A stretch of DNA of 64,000 nt from assembly GCA_024695235.1 (NCBI GenBank), contig JAILIP010000002.1:7093-71092 (forward strand), written 5' to 3'. The DNA is from Bacilli bacterium. GTDB lineage: Bacteria; Bacillota_I; Bacilli_A; RFN20; CAG-826. The position numbers and the translations under genes are program-made. Each line of letters opens with the position of its first letter. Positions within the stretch are counted from its first letter, which is position 1. Of the stretch, positions 48,665 to 58,468 are shown piece by piece. The notes under the pieces are model-generated. The model had not been told where the DNA came from. It saw only the letters and a program-made list of their open reading frames with translations, and made no database searches.

Positions 48665-49336
48665 ATGAAATTTACTAAGTTATTAACTCTTATATCTGCC
48701 GCACTTCTTTTAGTGAGTTGTAGCAACGAATCAAATAAGAAAAACTCTGATGGTTCACAATGCGAAATTGCTCAAGAAGTGACTATTCAAACAAACAATG
48801 ATTCCTGGAAATCTGAGTTTTCAGGTGGCACAGGATTTGTTGATGCAGATATGACGGATAACTCCAAAAATAGAGGTAGACTCTTAACTTATTTTTCATC
48901 CGCTCATGTTGAATCACTCGAATGTAGTGGTGCAATCACAAGTCTTAACTATGGAGAAATGGATCCTAGTGATAACAAGAAACAACTCGGTGTTGGTTTA
49001 GCTATTGGAGGAGGTTCTAAAGTTGGAACATTCACTTTGAACTTTGAAGTTGCTCCGATAAGCGTGACTGTGTATGCATTATCCTATTACAAAAAATATA
49101 AGACATACGAAGGCGATCCAAATAATGGATTATCAAAAGATAAAAATAGTCAATTAATTATTACTGCCGGAACAGACTTTGAAACATTAGATTTAAGAGA
49201 TACAAGCGAGATGGAAGTTAAGACAGTTTCACTAACTGATATCGAATCAAAACAATTAGTGTTTCAAAATAAAAGTGCAACTGCTGGAAGAGTGATAATT
49301 GATAAGATTGTGTTCACATATCCAGCAAGTTGCTAA
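48665..49336 (+). CDS. lipoprotein with a beta-rich domain shared with the large surface proteins
   Basis: Lipobox LLVSCSN; C-terminal region resembles the C-terminal domains of the 13239 and 51233 proteins. Confidence 0.55.
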   Translation: MKFTKLLTLISAALLLVSCSNESNKKNSDGSQCEIAQEVTIQTNNDSWKSEFSGGTGFVDADMTDNSKNRGRLLTYFSSAHVESLECSGAITSLNYGEMDPSDNKKQLGVGLAIGGGSKVGTFTLNFEVAPISVTVYALSYYKKYKTYEGDPNNGLSKDKNSQLIITAGTDFETLDLRDTSEMEVKTVSLTDIESKQLVFQNKSATAGRVIIDKIVFTYPASC

Positions 49337-49425
49337 TTACATTTAATTTGTTATAATGTAGACAAGAAGAACGAATCCTCCAGGGCTTTGTCAGGGCCCC
49401 TAACAGGGTCTTCTTTTTTATTAAT
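49330..49425 (+). ncRNA. promoter plus hairpin-terminated mini-transcript (about 60 nt): candidate sRNA or attenuator
   Basis: TTGCTA-16-TATAAT, then aagaagaac...gtcttctt stem (GC-rich interior with a GGGCCC palindrome) followed by TTTTTT. Confidence 0.35.
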
Positions 49426-49448
49426 TCATCACTTTAAGGAGAAAAACG

Positions 49449-49541
49449 ATGAATAATATGATGGCTACAAGAAATAGGAGCAGTTCCAATTCTTTTAGTT
49501 TCATAAGACGTCCTCCTTTCTCCTGGAGGCATCCGTTCTGA
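49449..49541 (+). CDS. possible 30-aa Arg/Ser-rich sORF
   Basis: RBS TTAAGGAGAaaaacgATG; MNNMMATRNRSSSNSFSFIRRPPFSWRHPF; a cctcc..ggagg hairpin overlaps its 3' end. Confidence 0.3.
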   Translation: MNNMMATRNRSSSNSFSFIRRPPFSWRHPF

Positions 49542-49625
49542 GTTTTAACGTCTTTCTTTGATGGATAATTATCGCGTATATAATACAAAATCTTTTTATA
49601 AAAAACAGTAGTTCAGATGAAAGTT

Positions 49626-49661
49626 TGAGACTACGTGAGACTAATTGAGACTAATGAGACT
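49626..49661 (+). repeat. four phased direct repeats of GAGACTA (10/10/9-bp spacing) in the eno upstream region
   Basis: tGAGACTAcgtGAGACTAattGAGACTAatGAGACTAatttt, downstream of a TATAAT at 49579-49584. Confidence 0.6.
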
Positions 49662-49792
49662 AATTTTGAAATCGCACATCTTTGATGTGAATCATTTTGA
49701 ATATCGAAAATTATACATAAAATTTTTTCATCGTAAATATTGCGAAATTTAGATAGATGTAATACTATCTATGCGGAAGAGGAATTTTAAAA

Positions 49793-51091
49793 ATGGAATA
49801 TTCTATTAAATCTATCCACGGTCGTGAAATCCTTGACTCCCGTGGAAACCCTACCGTTGAAGTTGATGTCACCCTCGAAAACGGTATGTTTGCTCGTGCT
49901 GAAGTACCATCAGGTGCTTCCACAGGTATTTACGAAGCTCTTGAACTTCGTGATGGTGATAAAAAACGTTATCTTGGCAAAGGTACTCTCAAAGCAGTTG
50001 CAAATGTGAATGAGATCCTTGCTAAAGAACTCAAAGGAATGGATGCATCTAAGCCAGAAGAAATTGATGCAAAGATGCTCAAAGTTGATGGCACTAAAGG
50101 CAAAAATAAATTAGGTGCTAATGCAATTCTTGCCGTTTCCTTGGCAGTTAATAAACTTGCTGCTCAAATCTCCGGAAAACCACTTTATCGTTATCTTGCA
50201 AAAGATGGTGAAGTGCTTCTCCCAGTTCCTATGATGAACATCCTTAATGGTGGATGCCACGCATCAAATACTGTTGACTCCCAAGAATTCATGATTATGC
50301 CAGTTGGCGCTCCTAACTTCAGAGAGTGCTTACGTTGGTGTAGTGAAGTCTATCACGTTCTTGCTAAGAACTTAAAAGCCAAAGGTATGGCTGTCTCTGT
50401 TGGTGATGAAGGTGGATTCGCTCCAAACCTCAAATCTGATGAAGATGTCTTAACAGAAATCGTCAAAGCCATCGAAGATGCTGGTTATGTTCCAGGCAAA
50501 GACTTCATGCTTGCTATGGATGCTGCTGCATCTGAATGGAAAGATGAAAAACGTGGTGTTGGCTTCTATCATTTACCAAAACAAGATAAGTACATGACAA
50601 GTGATGAACTTATTGATCACTGGGACAAGTTATCAAAACAATTCCCAATCATCTCCTATGAAGATATTCTTGATGAAGAAGACTGGGAAGGTTGGAAGAA
50701 ACTCACTAAACGTATTGGCAATCGTGTCCAACTCGTCGGTGATGACTTATTCGTCACAAACGTTGAAAGATTAGCAAACGGTATCAAAGTTGGTGCAGCT
50801 AACTCCATTCTTATCAAACTTAACCAAATTGGTTCAGTTTCTGAAACAATCGCTGCGATTAAGATGGCTCATGATGCTGGCTATACAGCAGTCACATCCC
50901 ACCGTAGTGGTGAAACAGAAGATACATTCATCGCTGATCTCTGCGTTGGCTTAGCAACTGGTCAAATTAAAACAGGTGCTCCATGCCGTGGTGAACGTGT
51001 CAATAAGTACAATCAACTTCTCCGTATCGAAGAAGAACTTGGTCCAAAAGCAAAATATGCTGGACTTAAAGCCTTCAAATTCGGTAAATAA
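49793..51091 (+). CDS. eno: enolase
   Basis: [53 protein letters not shown]. Confidence 0.95.
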   Translation: MEYSIKSIHGREILDSRGNPTVEVDVTLENGMFARAEVPSGASTGIYEALELRDGDKKRYLGKGTLKAVANVNEILAKELKGMDASKPEEIDAKMLKVDGTKGKNKLGANAILAVSLAVNKLAAQISGKPLYRYLAKDGEVLLPVPMMNILNGGCHASNTVDSQEFMIMPVGAPNFRECLRWCSEVYHVLAKNLKAKGMAVSVGDEGGFAPNLKSDEDVLTEIVKAIEDAGYVPGKDFMLAMDAAASEWKDEKRGVGFYHLPKQDKYMTSDELIDHWDKLSKQFPIISYEDILDEEDWEGWKKLTKRIGNRVQLVGDDLFVTNVERLANGIKVGAANSILIKLNQIGSVSETIAAIKMAHDAGYTAVTSHRSGETEDTFIADLCVGLATGQIKTGAPCRGERVNKYNQLLRIEEELGPKAKYAGLKAFKFGK

Positions 51092-51106
51092 TTGTCTTTA
51101 AAAATT

Positions 51107-51129
51107 AGGTCCCTATGGGACCTTTTTTC
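51107..51129 (+). terminator. rho-independent terminator after eno
   Basis: aggtccc-tat-gggacct hairpin followed by TTTTTT. Confidence 0.8.
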
Positions 51130-51232
51130 TTTTCCAATATTTCCACATGCACGTGTGTTTATTTTACGAGCGTATTCGCTTGTTTATTTTTCGTACGTCG
51201 CGTATGATGTACATATCTCTCGAGGTTAGATT

Positions 51233-54200
51233 ATGAGTAAAAATTTATCAAAACATGGATTAATATTCTTCGCTTCGGTTGCTCTTATTGGGGTGACAGT
51301 AGCGGCCGCAAGTGTAGCCGGTGGCAAAGGCTTACTTGGTGCGAGTGGTCTATTAGGCGGTAATACTTCTGATTATACTGTCACATTAGATGACTCAAAC
51401 GCTTACGTTAATAACGAATCAATGCCAAAACACGTTACCACATCATCTGGTAGCTGGGAAATTTATTTCAACTACACAAATGCTTCGGCATTAAGTGGTG
51501 GTCACGTCACACTTGCTGATGGTGGTACTTTAGTAAACACACGTTTGATCAAGTCAATTGATTATCTTAAGTTCCATTTCGACGGAAATCTCCAATTCCG
51601 CACATCTTATGATGGCAATACTTGGTCAGAATATGCCCAAGCCAAAGATAACGAGATTTATAACCTCCCATCTAATCCATATTTTGTCGAATTACAAGCA
51701 AATGGTGGTTCGGTAAGTCTTTACTCCGCTATATATCAATATACTTGCGTTGATAATCCTGCAGCCGAAGGATACGAACATCAAGAAGATGACATCATCA
51801 CTTGGGAAAAAGTAAAAACTGTAAGTGATTTTGCTGTCGGAGATGAAGTAATCCTAACAGCCGGAGATTCATCGATTGCATATGCAATGTCCACAACCCA
51901 AAACTACAACAATAGAAACGGTGTTTTAGGTGAAAAGAACGGAGATTTATTTGTTCCAACAGATGATACCGCAATTTTTGAAGTTGAAAGTGGCACTACA
52001 AGTGGATCGTTTGCACTTAATAATATTAACGGAGATAGTACTGGCTATATTTATGCGGCTGGTTCGACCGATTCAACTGTTACAAACCAAAACTACTTAA
52101 AGACCCAATCAACAAAAGATGATTTTGCATCATTCTCTATTTCTATTTCTAGTGGAGTTGCTACGATTGAGTCTCTTGGCGGTTCTACTAGTAGATATAT
52201 GAGATACAATCCTAACACTGGTACCAACAGTGATGGAATTCCAAGATTCTCTTTCTATCGCTCAGGAAGTTCTATTACAACCGAAATTACAATCTATAAA
52301 AAAGTGACCACTCCTGGTGAGTCGTATTACACATATGATACACCTAACGATATAGTTGGTTTCTCAGCTATAGATAACAATGCATCTAGCTATGACACCA
52401 ACAGTATTTATTCAGAAGATAAAGGATTAGTAGTTAAAGCTATTTACCAAAATGGTACACAAACAGCTTTAGCTGCTAGTGATTATACATATAAAGTTTC
52501 TACCGACAGTGCTGGTTTAAATGTTATTGACCACACTAAGGCGTTTGGAACTGTAGGCATTTATTTTGTAACAGTTTCGTACAAAGATTTCATTCCTTCA
52601 GTTTTACAACTTAATGTTGGTGTACCTGATCCAGTATTGACAGGCATTACAGTCGATAGTGATACTTTAACATTTAATACAGCGCAAAAACTTGGTGATT
52701 ATACAAACGGAATTACCGTAAATCTTACATATGATCAACCGAATGCAAATGTTGATAATGTTCCATATAGTCAATTCAGCAGTTACAATCTTTCCTTGTC
52801 GTTAATAAGCCCAAGTAGTGTTGCTTATGACATTTCAACCGCGTTTGGTACATCAGGCAACTGGGTTATTAAGGTAACATCTAATAGTGATTCTACTGTC
52901 TTTGGACAACTTGGTATTACAGTTGAAGCAATTCCTGTACAATCCATTTCCTTAGATGAATCATCTGTCACAATTGAACAAGGTGATACACTTCAACTAT
53001 TAGCAACTGTTTTACCAGACAATGCAACTAACAAAAACATCGAATGGTCAGTTCAAAATGATGATCCAAAAGATTGTGTTACTGTAAACGCAAATGGTCT
53101 TGTTACCGGTTCTGCTATTGGCACAGCAACTGTTGTTGCGACTGCTCAAGATGGCAGCACGAAGTTTGGCAGCTGTGATGTTACTGTTATAGCTAAAACA
53201 CAACCAATTGATGAAGGCACATTTACATATGTTGAGCATGCCAACTTACAGGTAGGTTCCTATGTTGTTATTGCTAGCAGCGCTACTTCTGGTAGTGCGT
53301 ACGCAATTGGCGAACAACGAACATCTAATAGACTTGCTGTTTCTACAACAATTACTAGCAATCAAACAATAGAAAGAACAAGTTCTAGCACATTCTATGC
53401 ATTCAGAGTTGAAGAAGGCACAATAAGCGGAACAGTTTCGTTCTATGATACCGTTAACGAAGGATATCTTTATGCTTCAAGCAGCTCTTCAAATGAACTC
53501 AAAGTTGAATCAACAAAATCTGCTAATAGCAGTTTTGCACTTGGTGGTTCTACAAGCATAAACGCTTCTGGTAGTAACTCAAGGAATTCGATGAGGTTTA
53601 ATGAAAGTGCATCGACGAAACTTTTCTCGTGCTATGCATCAAATAACACAACAATGGGTGGCGTTTATTTCTTTGCTAAAGCAGGACAAACCATTTATCC
53701 TACAGGTGTTGAAATTTCAGGTGATTCTACAGTTGGTGTAAATGCTACTACTCAATTAACTGCTACTGTTACACCTACAAATGCAACTGATAAAACAGTT
53801 TCTTGGTCAAGTAGCAACGATGATATTGCAACAGTTTCATCTTCTGGTCTTGTTACCGGTGTCGCACTTGGCGGTCCAGTGACAATCACCGCTTCAGTTG
53901 CTGGCGAGAACGGAACTATTTCAGATACTCATGAAATATCTGTAGTTACAATACCTGTTTCCTCTGTTACTCTTGATAAAAATAACTTATCAATCAAAGT
54001 TGGGGGGTCGGACACATTAAGTGCATCTGTCCTTCCTGCTGATGCCACAAACAAGGAAGTGACATGGAGCATTGTTGAAGAAAATCCATGCATTTCTGTT
54101 AGTAATGGCACAGTTACTGGTGACTCCGAAGGAACGGCAACGGTCAAAGTAACATCTAATGCTGATAATACTAAATATGATACATGTCTAGTCACTGTTA

Positions 54201-56146
54201 CGGCTGCTAGTGCGGGTGAAGAAACTACAACATACATGTTTAATAGCAAATCATGGGGTGCAACACCTGCCAACTGGTCATCTGGCAAGGATGGTAATCA
54301 ATATGACTCTAGTAAAGGTGGTATTCAAGTTACTACAGGCGCATCTGGCGCAAACGGAACATCCCCAATTTCGTTTGAAAGTGTTCAATCTGTCACAGTC
54401 AATTATTGTACTAACGCTTCTAATGGTGAAGGAAGTATCACTGTAAGCGTTGGCAATACAGAAATCGCCACACAAAGCGTAACTAAAACCGGTGGTGCTA
54501 CAGGCAGAGATATGGTGTTTGAATCTGATGGTTCATTATCAGGCAAAATCAACATTTCTGTCGAATGTACAACCAATAGTATCTATATTATTTCGTGTTC
54601 CATTACTACAGGCACTCCTGAACCTATAGATCCAACAGGTGTTTATGTTTCAAATATGGATATCACTCCTGGCAGCAAAAAGACTCCTACACCTGAATAC
54701 ACTCCAAGCAACGCAAATCAAAATTTAGGAATCACGTGGAGTAAAGTAAGTGGATCAACCAATTTAAGCATTGATGCAAGCACCGGTGAAGTAGATGCTA
54801 CAAACGCTGTTGCAGGAGATAGTGCTATCTTTAAAGCGGCGTTAAATCAAGTTGCCGGCGATAAGTCTTGTAACTTCACCGTAACTGTTACTGAAACTGT
54901 ATTGCCAAAATGGACAATCATGGTATACATGTGTGGTTCCGACTTAGAAAGTGGCGGACAGACGACAGCAAGCAAAGCATCAGGTTATGCATCAAGTGAT
55001 ATTGACGAAATGCTCAAAGCATCAGGTCAAACAGAAGATACAAATATCATTATTGAGACTGGTGGTGCAAAATGCTGGTCTTCAAAATATAATTTTGGTT
55101 ATTCAATATCTAAAGATAAACTTCAAAGACATCATATTTCAAATAAAACATTGAATCTTGATAGTACTCTTGATACATATACATCAATGGGTCAAAAATC
55201 CACATTCCAAAGCTTTATTGAATGGGGCCTCACAGAATATCCTGCTGAAAAAACTGGTGTTATTCTTTGGAACCATGGTGGTGCTATGGAAGGATGCTGC
55301 TATGACGAAAAAAGTAGTAGTGATTCAATTTCAAATAGCGAAGTCAAATCCGCTTTAAGCAGTGCCTTTAGCAATACTGGAAGAACACAAAAACTAGAGT
55401 GGATTGGTTATGATTGCTGCTTAATGTCTGTTCAAGATATTGCCGAATTCAATAGCAATTATTTCAACTATATGGTTGCTTCTGAAGAATCTGAGGCTGG
55501 CTCCGGATGGGATTATGATACATGGCTACCAAAAGTGTTCAACAATTCCGCTACTACAACAATTTTGAAGTCTATTGTTGATAGTTTCGTTGCTGAAACA
55601 CAATCAATCTATTGGTATGATCAATCATTAAGTTATTATTCACTTGCCAATATGGCTGCTTATAAGACAGCGTTTGAAAACTTTGCCGCAGCTGCTCAAA
55701 GTGTGTTTAATTCTTATGGTAAAGCGAACCTCAAATCATTCATGAAGGGTGTAAAATCATTCGGAAATAGTTTAACAACCACCGAAGAGTATCAAGCAGA
55801 TTCGGATTATTATGACCAATACGGATATACTTGGGACGCTGATTTCGGATACTATGGAGATTGGGAAAACGGTATTGAGCGATTTGGTTCGTTTGACGTT
55901 ATGGATTTTATGACAAAACTTAAAGAAAATAGTACATTTAAAAATGCATTAGGCTCATATATCTCTGCAATTGAAACAGCATTTGCTAATTTAAATGTTT
56001 ACATCCAGACAAGCGGTAGTGTTGCTGCAGGATCTAATGGTTTAGCATTTATTTACTCTTATGATTCTTATACCGATTATTACTACAAGCAATCCGAGAC
56101 GAACTTTAGCAATTGGTTTGAACTAAATACTGATCTTGGCGCATAG
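51233..56146 (+). CDS. giant surface protein: signal anchor, multiple Big_2 domains, C-terminal clostripain-like (peptidase C11) domain
   Basis: N-terminal hydrophobic anchor; at least 4 Big_2 repeats (e.g. IQSISLDESSVTIEQGDTLQLLATVLPDNATNKNIEWS...GTATVVATAQDGS); C11 motifs WTIMVYMCGSDLE, ILWNHGGAMEGCCYDE (His), IGYDCCLMSVQDIAEF (Cys), MVASEESEAGSGWDY. Confidence 0.8.
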   Translation: MSKNLSKHGLIFFASVALIGVTVAAASVAGGKGLLGASGLLGGNTSDYTVTLDDSNAYVNNESMPKHVTTSSGSWEIYFNYTNASALSGGHVTLADGGTLVNTRLIKSIDYLKFHFDGNLQFRTSYDGNTWSEYAQAKDNEIYNLPSNPYFVELQANGGSVSLYSAIYQYTCVDNPAAEGYEHQEDDIITWEKVKTVSDFAVGDEVILTAGDSSIAYAMSTTQNYNNRNGVLGEKNGDLFVPTDDTAIFEVESGTTSGSFALNNINGDSTGYIYAAGSTDSTVTNQNYLKTQSTKDDFASFSISISSGVATIESLGGSTSRYMRYNPNTGTNSDGIPRFSFYRSGSSITTEITIYKKVTTPGESYYTYDTPNDIVGFSAIDNNASSYDTNSIYSEDKGLVVKAIYQNGTQTALAASDYTYKVSTDSAGLNVIDHTKAFGTVGIYFVTVSYKDFIPSVLQLNVGVPDPVLTGITVDSDTLTFNTAQKLGDYTNGITVNLTYDQPNANVDNVPYSQFSSYNLSLSLISPSSVAYDISTAFGTSGNWVIKVTSNSDSTVFGQLGITVEAIPVQSISLDESSVTIEQGDTLQLLATVLPDNATNKNIEWSVQNDDPKDCVTVNANGLVTGSAIGTATVVATAQDGSTKFGSCDVTVIAKTQPIDEGTFTYVEHANLQVGSYVVIASSATSGSAYAIGEQRTSNRLAVSTTITSNQTIERTSSSTFYAFRVEEGTISGTVSFYDTVNEGYLYASSSSSNELKVESTKSANSSFALGGSTSINASGSNSRNSMRFNESASTKLFSCYASNNTTMGGVYFFAKAGQTIYPTGVEISGDSTVGVNATTQLTATVTPTNATDKTVSWSSSNDDIATVSSSGLVTGVALGGPVTITASVAGENGTISDTHEISVVTIPVSSVTLDKNNLSIKVGGSDTLSASVLPADATNKEVTWSIVEENPCISVSNGTVTGDSEGTATVKVTSNADNTKYDTCLVTVTAASAGEETTTYMFNSKSWGATPANWSSGKDGNQYDSSKGGIQVTTGASGANGTSPISFESVQSVTVNYCTNASNGEGSITVSVGNTEIATQSVTKTGGATGRDMVFESDGSLSGKINISVECTTNSIYIISCSITTGTPEPIDPTGVYVSNMDITPGSKKTPTPEYTPSNANQNLGITWSKVSGSTNLSIDASTGEVDATNAVAGDSAIFKAALNQVAGDKSCNFTVTVTETVLPKWTIMVYMCGSDLESGGQTTASKASGYASSDIDEMLKASGQTEDTNIIIETGGAKCWSSKYNFGYSISKDKLQRHHISNKTLNLDSTLDTYTSMGQKSTFQSFIEWGLTEYPAEKTGVILWNHGGAMEGCCYDEKSSSDSISNSEVKSALSSAFSNTGRTQKLEWIGYDCCLMSVQDIAEFNSNYFNYMVASEESEAGSGWDYDTWLPKVFNNSATTTILKSIVDSFVAETQSIYWYDQSLSYYSLANMAAYKTAFENFAAAAQSVFNSYGKANLKSFMKGVKSFGNSLTTTEEYQADSDYYDQYGYTWDADFGYYGDWENGIERFGSFDVMDFMTKLKENSTFKNALGSYISAIETAFANLNVYIQTSGSVAAGSNGLAFIYSYDSYTDYYYKQSETNFSNWFELNTDLGA

Positions 56147-56163
56147 TAATTATTTATTACAAT

Positions 56164-56200
56164 AGAGGATGTCTTGTGGCATCCTCTTTAATTTGATATT
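56164..56200 (+). terminator. rho-independent terminator
   Basis: agaggatg-tcttgtgg-catcctct 8-bp hairpin followed by a T-rich tract. Confidence 0.65.
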
Positions 56201-56228
56201 TAAAGCAATATTTGAAACAATATATTCT

Positions 56229-57104
56229 ATGAATAAGAAAGTCGTTAATGTTCCATATTTAGGTTATAAAACCCATTGCATTATTTGTGGTGATCTATCA
56301 AAAGGCACACCTCTAATTTTGATGCATGGCGGACCTGGTGGATGCATCGAAAGATATGAGGTTCTTTCTAAGCTTGCTGATAGAGGAATTCCTTGTATTT
56401 TTTATGATCAACTCGGTAGCGGATACTCTCGTGTTAGTAAAGGGCATCTTGAATTATGGAATTATGATACATTCATGAATGAACTTGAAAATATCATCAA
56501 ATATTTCAAATTAGATAAGTATCATCTTTTAGGACATTCTTGGGGAGGAATGCTTGCTTTAGAATATCTTGCTAAAAGAGAACACAAAGGACTTGATAAA
56601 GTAATCTTATTTTCTACTCTTCCATCTACAAGAATATGGAACGAAGAACATCTTAAGATGATTGAATCATATCCAAAAGAAGAAAAAGAATCTTTGATTA
56701 ACGAACTTAATGGCAAAGACTTTGATAAAAAGATACATAAAAAAGCTCTTAAGCGTTTCTATGATGAACATGTTGGAAAGAAATCAGATCGAAAATATAT
56801 TTCTTTAAGGAAACGTTTCCCTAAAACAAATAAAGAGATTTATAACTACATGTGGGGACCATCTGAATTATTTGGAACAGGCTCATTGAAAGATTGGAAT
56901 AGAGAAGATGATTTACATCTAATCAAAAATAAAACGCTTATCCTTTCTGGCAAATACGATGAATCAACACCTAGAATAAACGAACTTATGAATCAAAAAA
57001 TACCCAACTCTAAGTGGGTACTTCTTGAGCATTCTCATCATGGAGGTTATAACGAAGAACCTGATAAAGTGCTAGATGAGATATCTAAATTCTTAAAAGA
57101 TTAA
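56229..57104 (+). CDS. pip: proline iminopeptidase (S33 alpha/beta hydrolase)
   Basis: LILMHGGPGG, nucleophile elbow GHSWGG; the ORF-track ATG at 56169 lies inside the upstream terminator hairpin, so the start was moved to MNKKVV. Confidence 0.8.
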   Translation: MNKKVVNVPYLGYKTHCIICGDLSKGTPLILMHGGPGGCIERYEVLSKLADRGIPCIFYDQLGSGYSRVSKGHLELWNYDTFMNELENIIKYFKLDKYHLLGHSWGGMLALEYLAKREHKGLDKVILFSTLPSTRIWNEEHLKMIESYPKEEKESLINELNGKDFDKKIHKKALKRFYDEHVGKKSDRKYISLRKRFPKTNKEIYNYMWGPSELFGTGSLKDWNREDDLHLIKNKTLILSGKYDESTPRINELMNQKIPNSKWVLLEHSHHGGYNEEPDKVLDEISKFLKD

Positions 57105-58093
57105 TTGAGGTAACTGAGAAGTTCCTCTTTTTCTTTATCAGAAATGAAAGCAGATTTAATTGTGTTTTCTGATAGCGTCTTTAATTCTTCATCACTATAT
57201 CCAATTGAAGAGAGAATATTATATTCATTTACAAGGTTTGTGCTAGACACAGTCATGTCGTCTGTATTTAAAGTCACAATAATTCCTCTTTTCAAGAATT
57301 CTCTAATTGGAAGTTCTTCAAAACTCTTGATTGTCTTGGTGTCTAAATTAGATTTAGGACATATTTCTAATGGAATCTTCTTTTCAACAAGTGATTTCAT
57401 TACGCTTTCATCATCAATAGAATGAATGCCATGACCAATACGTGATGCGCCCATATTAATCGCGCTTCTAACTGATTCTGCACCTGATGCTTCACCAGCG
57501 TGAATTGTAAACGGAATACGCATATTGCGTGCGAGCTCGAATAAGGCCTCGAAGTTTTCATTTGGGAATAACGCTTCTGCACCTGCTAAATCAAGGGCTA
57601 CAACGCCTTTATTGAGGTATTTCGCGGCAACCTCAATTGTTTTGAGATTTACCATCATGTTATTTTGCATTCTCATGAGGCACAAAATGAGATTTGATTT
57701 GATTTTATATTTATCAAAGGCATCTTTAGATGCTTGGAGCAATATCTCCACGACTTCGTTTTGTTTCAAACCTTTTTGAGTGGATAGTTGTGGAGCCATT
57801 CTAACCTCAACATATTTAAGTCCTGCATCAGCTTCTCTTTTAAGCAAATTAAGCATACATTTATAAAGTCCGTTCTTACTTTGAAGAACACGGTTAGGAA
57901 TATCGAATCTTTCAAGGTATTCGTTTAGGGATTTGCAATCTTCAGGAACTTCTAAATACTTTCTAAGTTCTTTTGCATCATATGTTGGCAAATTAATACC
58001 TTCTTCTTTTGCAACTTCGATGATGATTTCTGGTGAAAGAGATCCATCTAAATGGAGATGAAGATCTACTAAAGCGTATTTTTTATAGTCCAT
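57101..58093 (-). CDS. add: adenosine deaminase
   Basis: DLHLHLDGSL metal-binding motif, HAGE, TLNTDD. Confidence 0.85.
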   Translation of the reverse strand: MDYKKYALVDLHLHLDGSLSPEIIIEVAKEEGINLPTYDAKELRKYLEVPEDCKSLNEYLERFDIPNRVLQSKNGLYKCMLNLLKREADAGLKYVEVRMAPQLSTQKGLKQNEVVEILLQASKDAFDKYKIKSNLILCLMRMQNNMMVNLKTIEVAAKYLNKGVVALDLAGAEALFPNENFEALFELARNMRIPFTIHAGEASGAESVRSAINMGASRIGHGIHSIDDESVMKSLVEKKIPLEICPKSNLDTKTIKSFEELPIREFLKRGIIVTLNTDDMTVSSTNLVNEYNILSSIGYSDEELKTLSENTIKSAFISDKEKEELLSYLN

Positions 58094-58156
58094 AGTTTTT
58101 TACCCTAATTGATTTTAACAAAAAATATCGCGAATAATATAGAAATATTAATTTCA

Positions 58157-58172
58157 GTTAGTATATTCTAAC
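58157..58172 (+). promoter_or_regulatory. inverted repeat GTTAG-N6-CTAAC upstream of the HMA-zupT operon (candidate metalloregulator operator)
   Basis: Perfect 5-bp arms around TATATT, immediately upstream of the extended -10 TGTGTATAAT. Confidence 0.35.
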
Positions 58173-58216
58173 TCATATGTGTATAATATTGTGTTACATC
58201 TAAAGGAGGTAACAGT

Positions 58217-58465
58217 ATGTACAAGATTATATTAGGTATTGATGGTATGGGATGTGGTTCATGTGAAGCACATGTTAATAGTGAGATTAGAAAGAACTTT
58301 CAGGTTAAGAAAGTGACATCTTCTCATATTAAGAATCAAACAATAATTATTACCCCCTTAGATTTAAGTGAAGAAGATATTAAGAAAGTGATGGATCCAA
58401 CTGGATATAGAGTCACATCATTTTCTAAATGCGAGGCAAAAATGAAATTTCTTTCCTGGAGATAA
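58217..58465 (+). CDS. heavy-metal-associated (HMA) domain metallochaperone
   Basis: GMGCGSCEAHV (GMxCxxC). Confidence 0.75.
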   Translation: MYKIILGIDGMGCGSCEAHVNSEIRKNFQVKKVTSSHIKNQTIIITPLDLSEEDIKKVMDPTGYRVTSFSKCEAKMKFLSWR

Positions 58466-58468
58466 CAT

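Noticed and set aside
49364-49425. Possible SRP (4.5S) RNA, because of CCAGG...GUCAGG and a hairpin with U-tail
   Set aside because: It lacks the conserved domain IV GGAAGGAAGCAGC / GNRA-tetraloop signature of bacterial SRP RNA. It is kept only as a generic sRNA/attenuator candidate.
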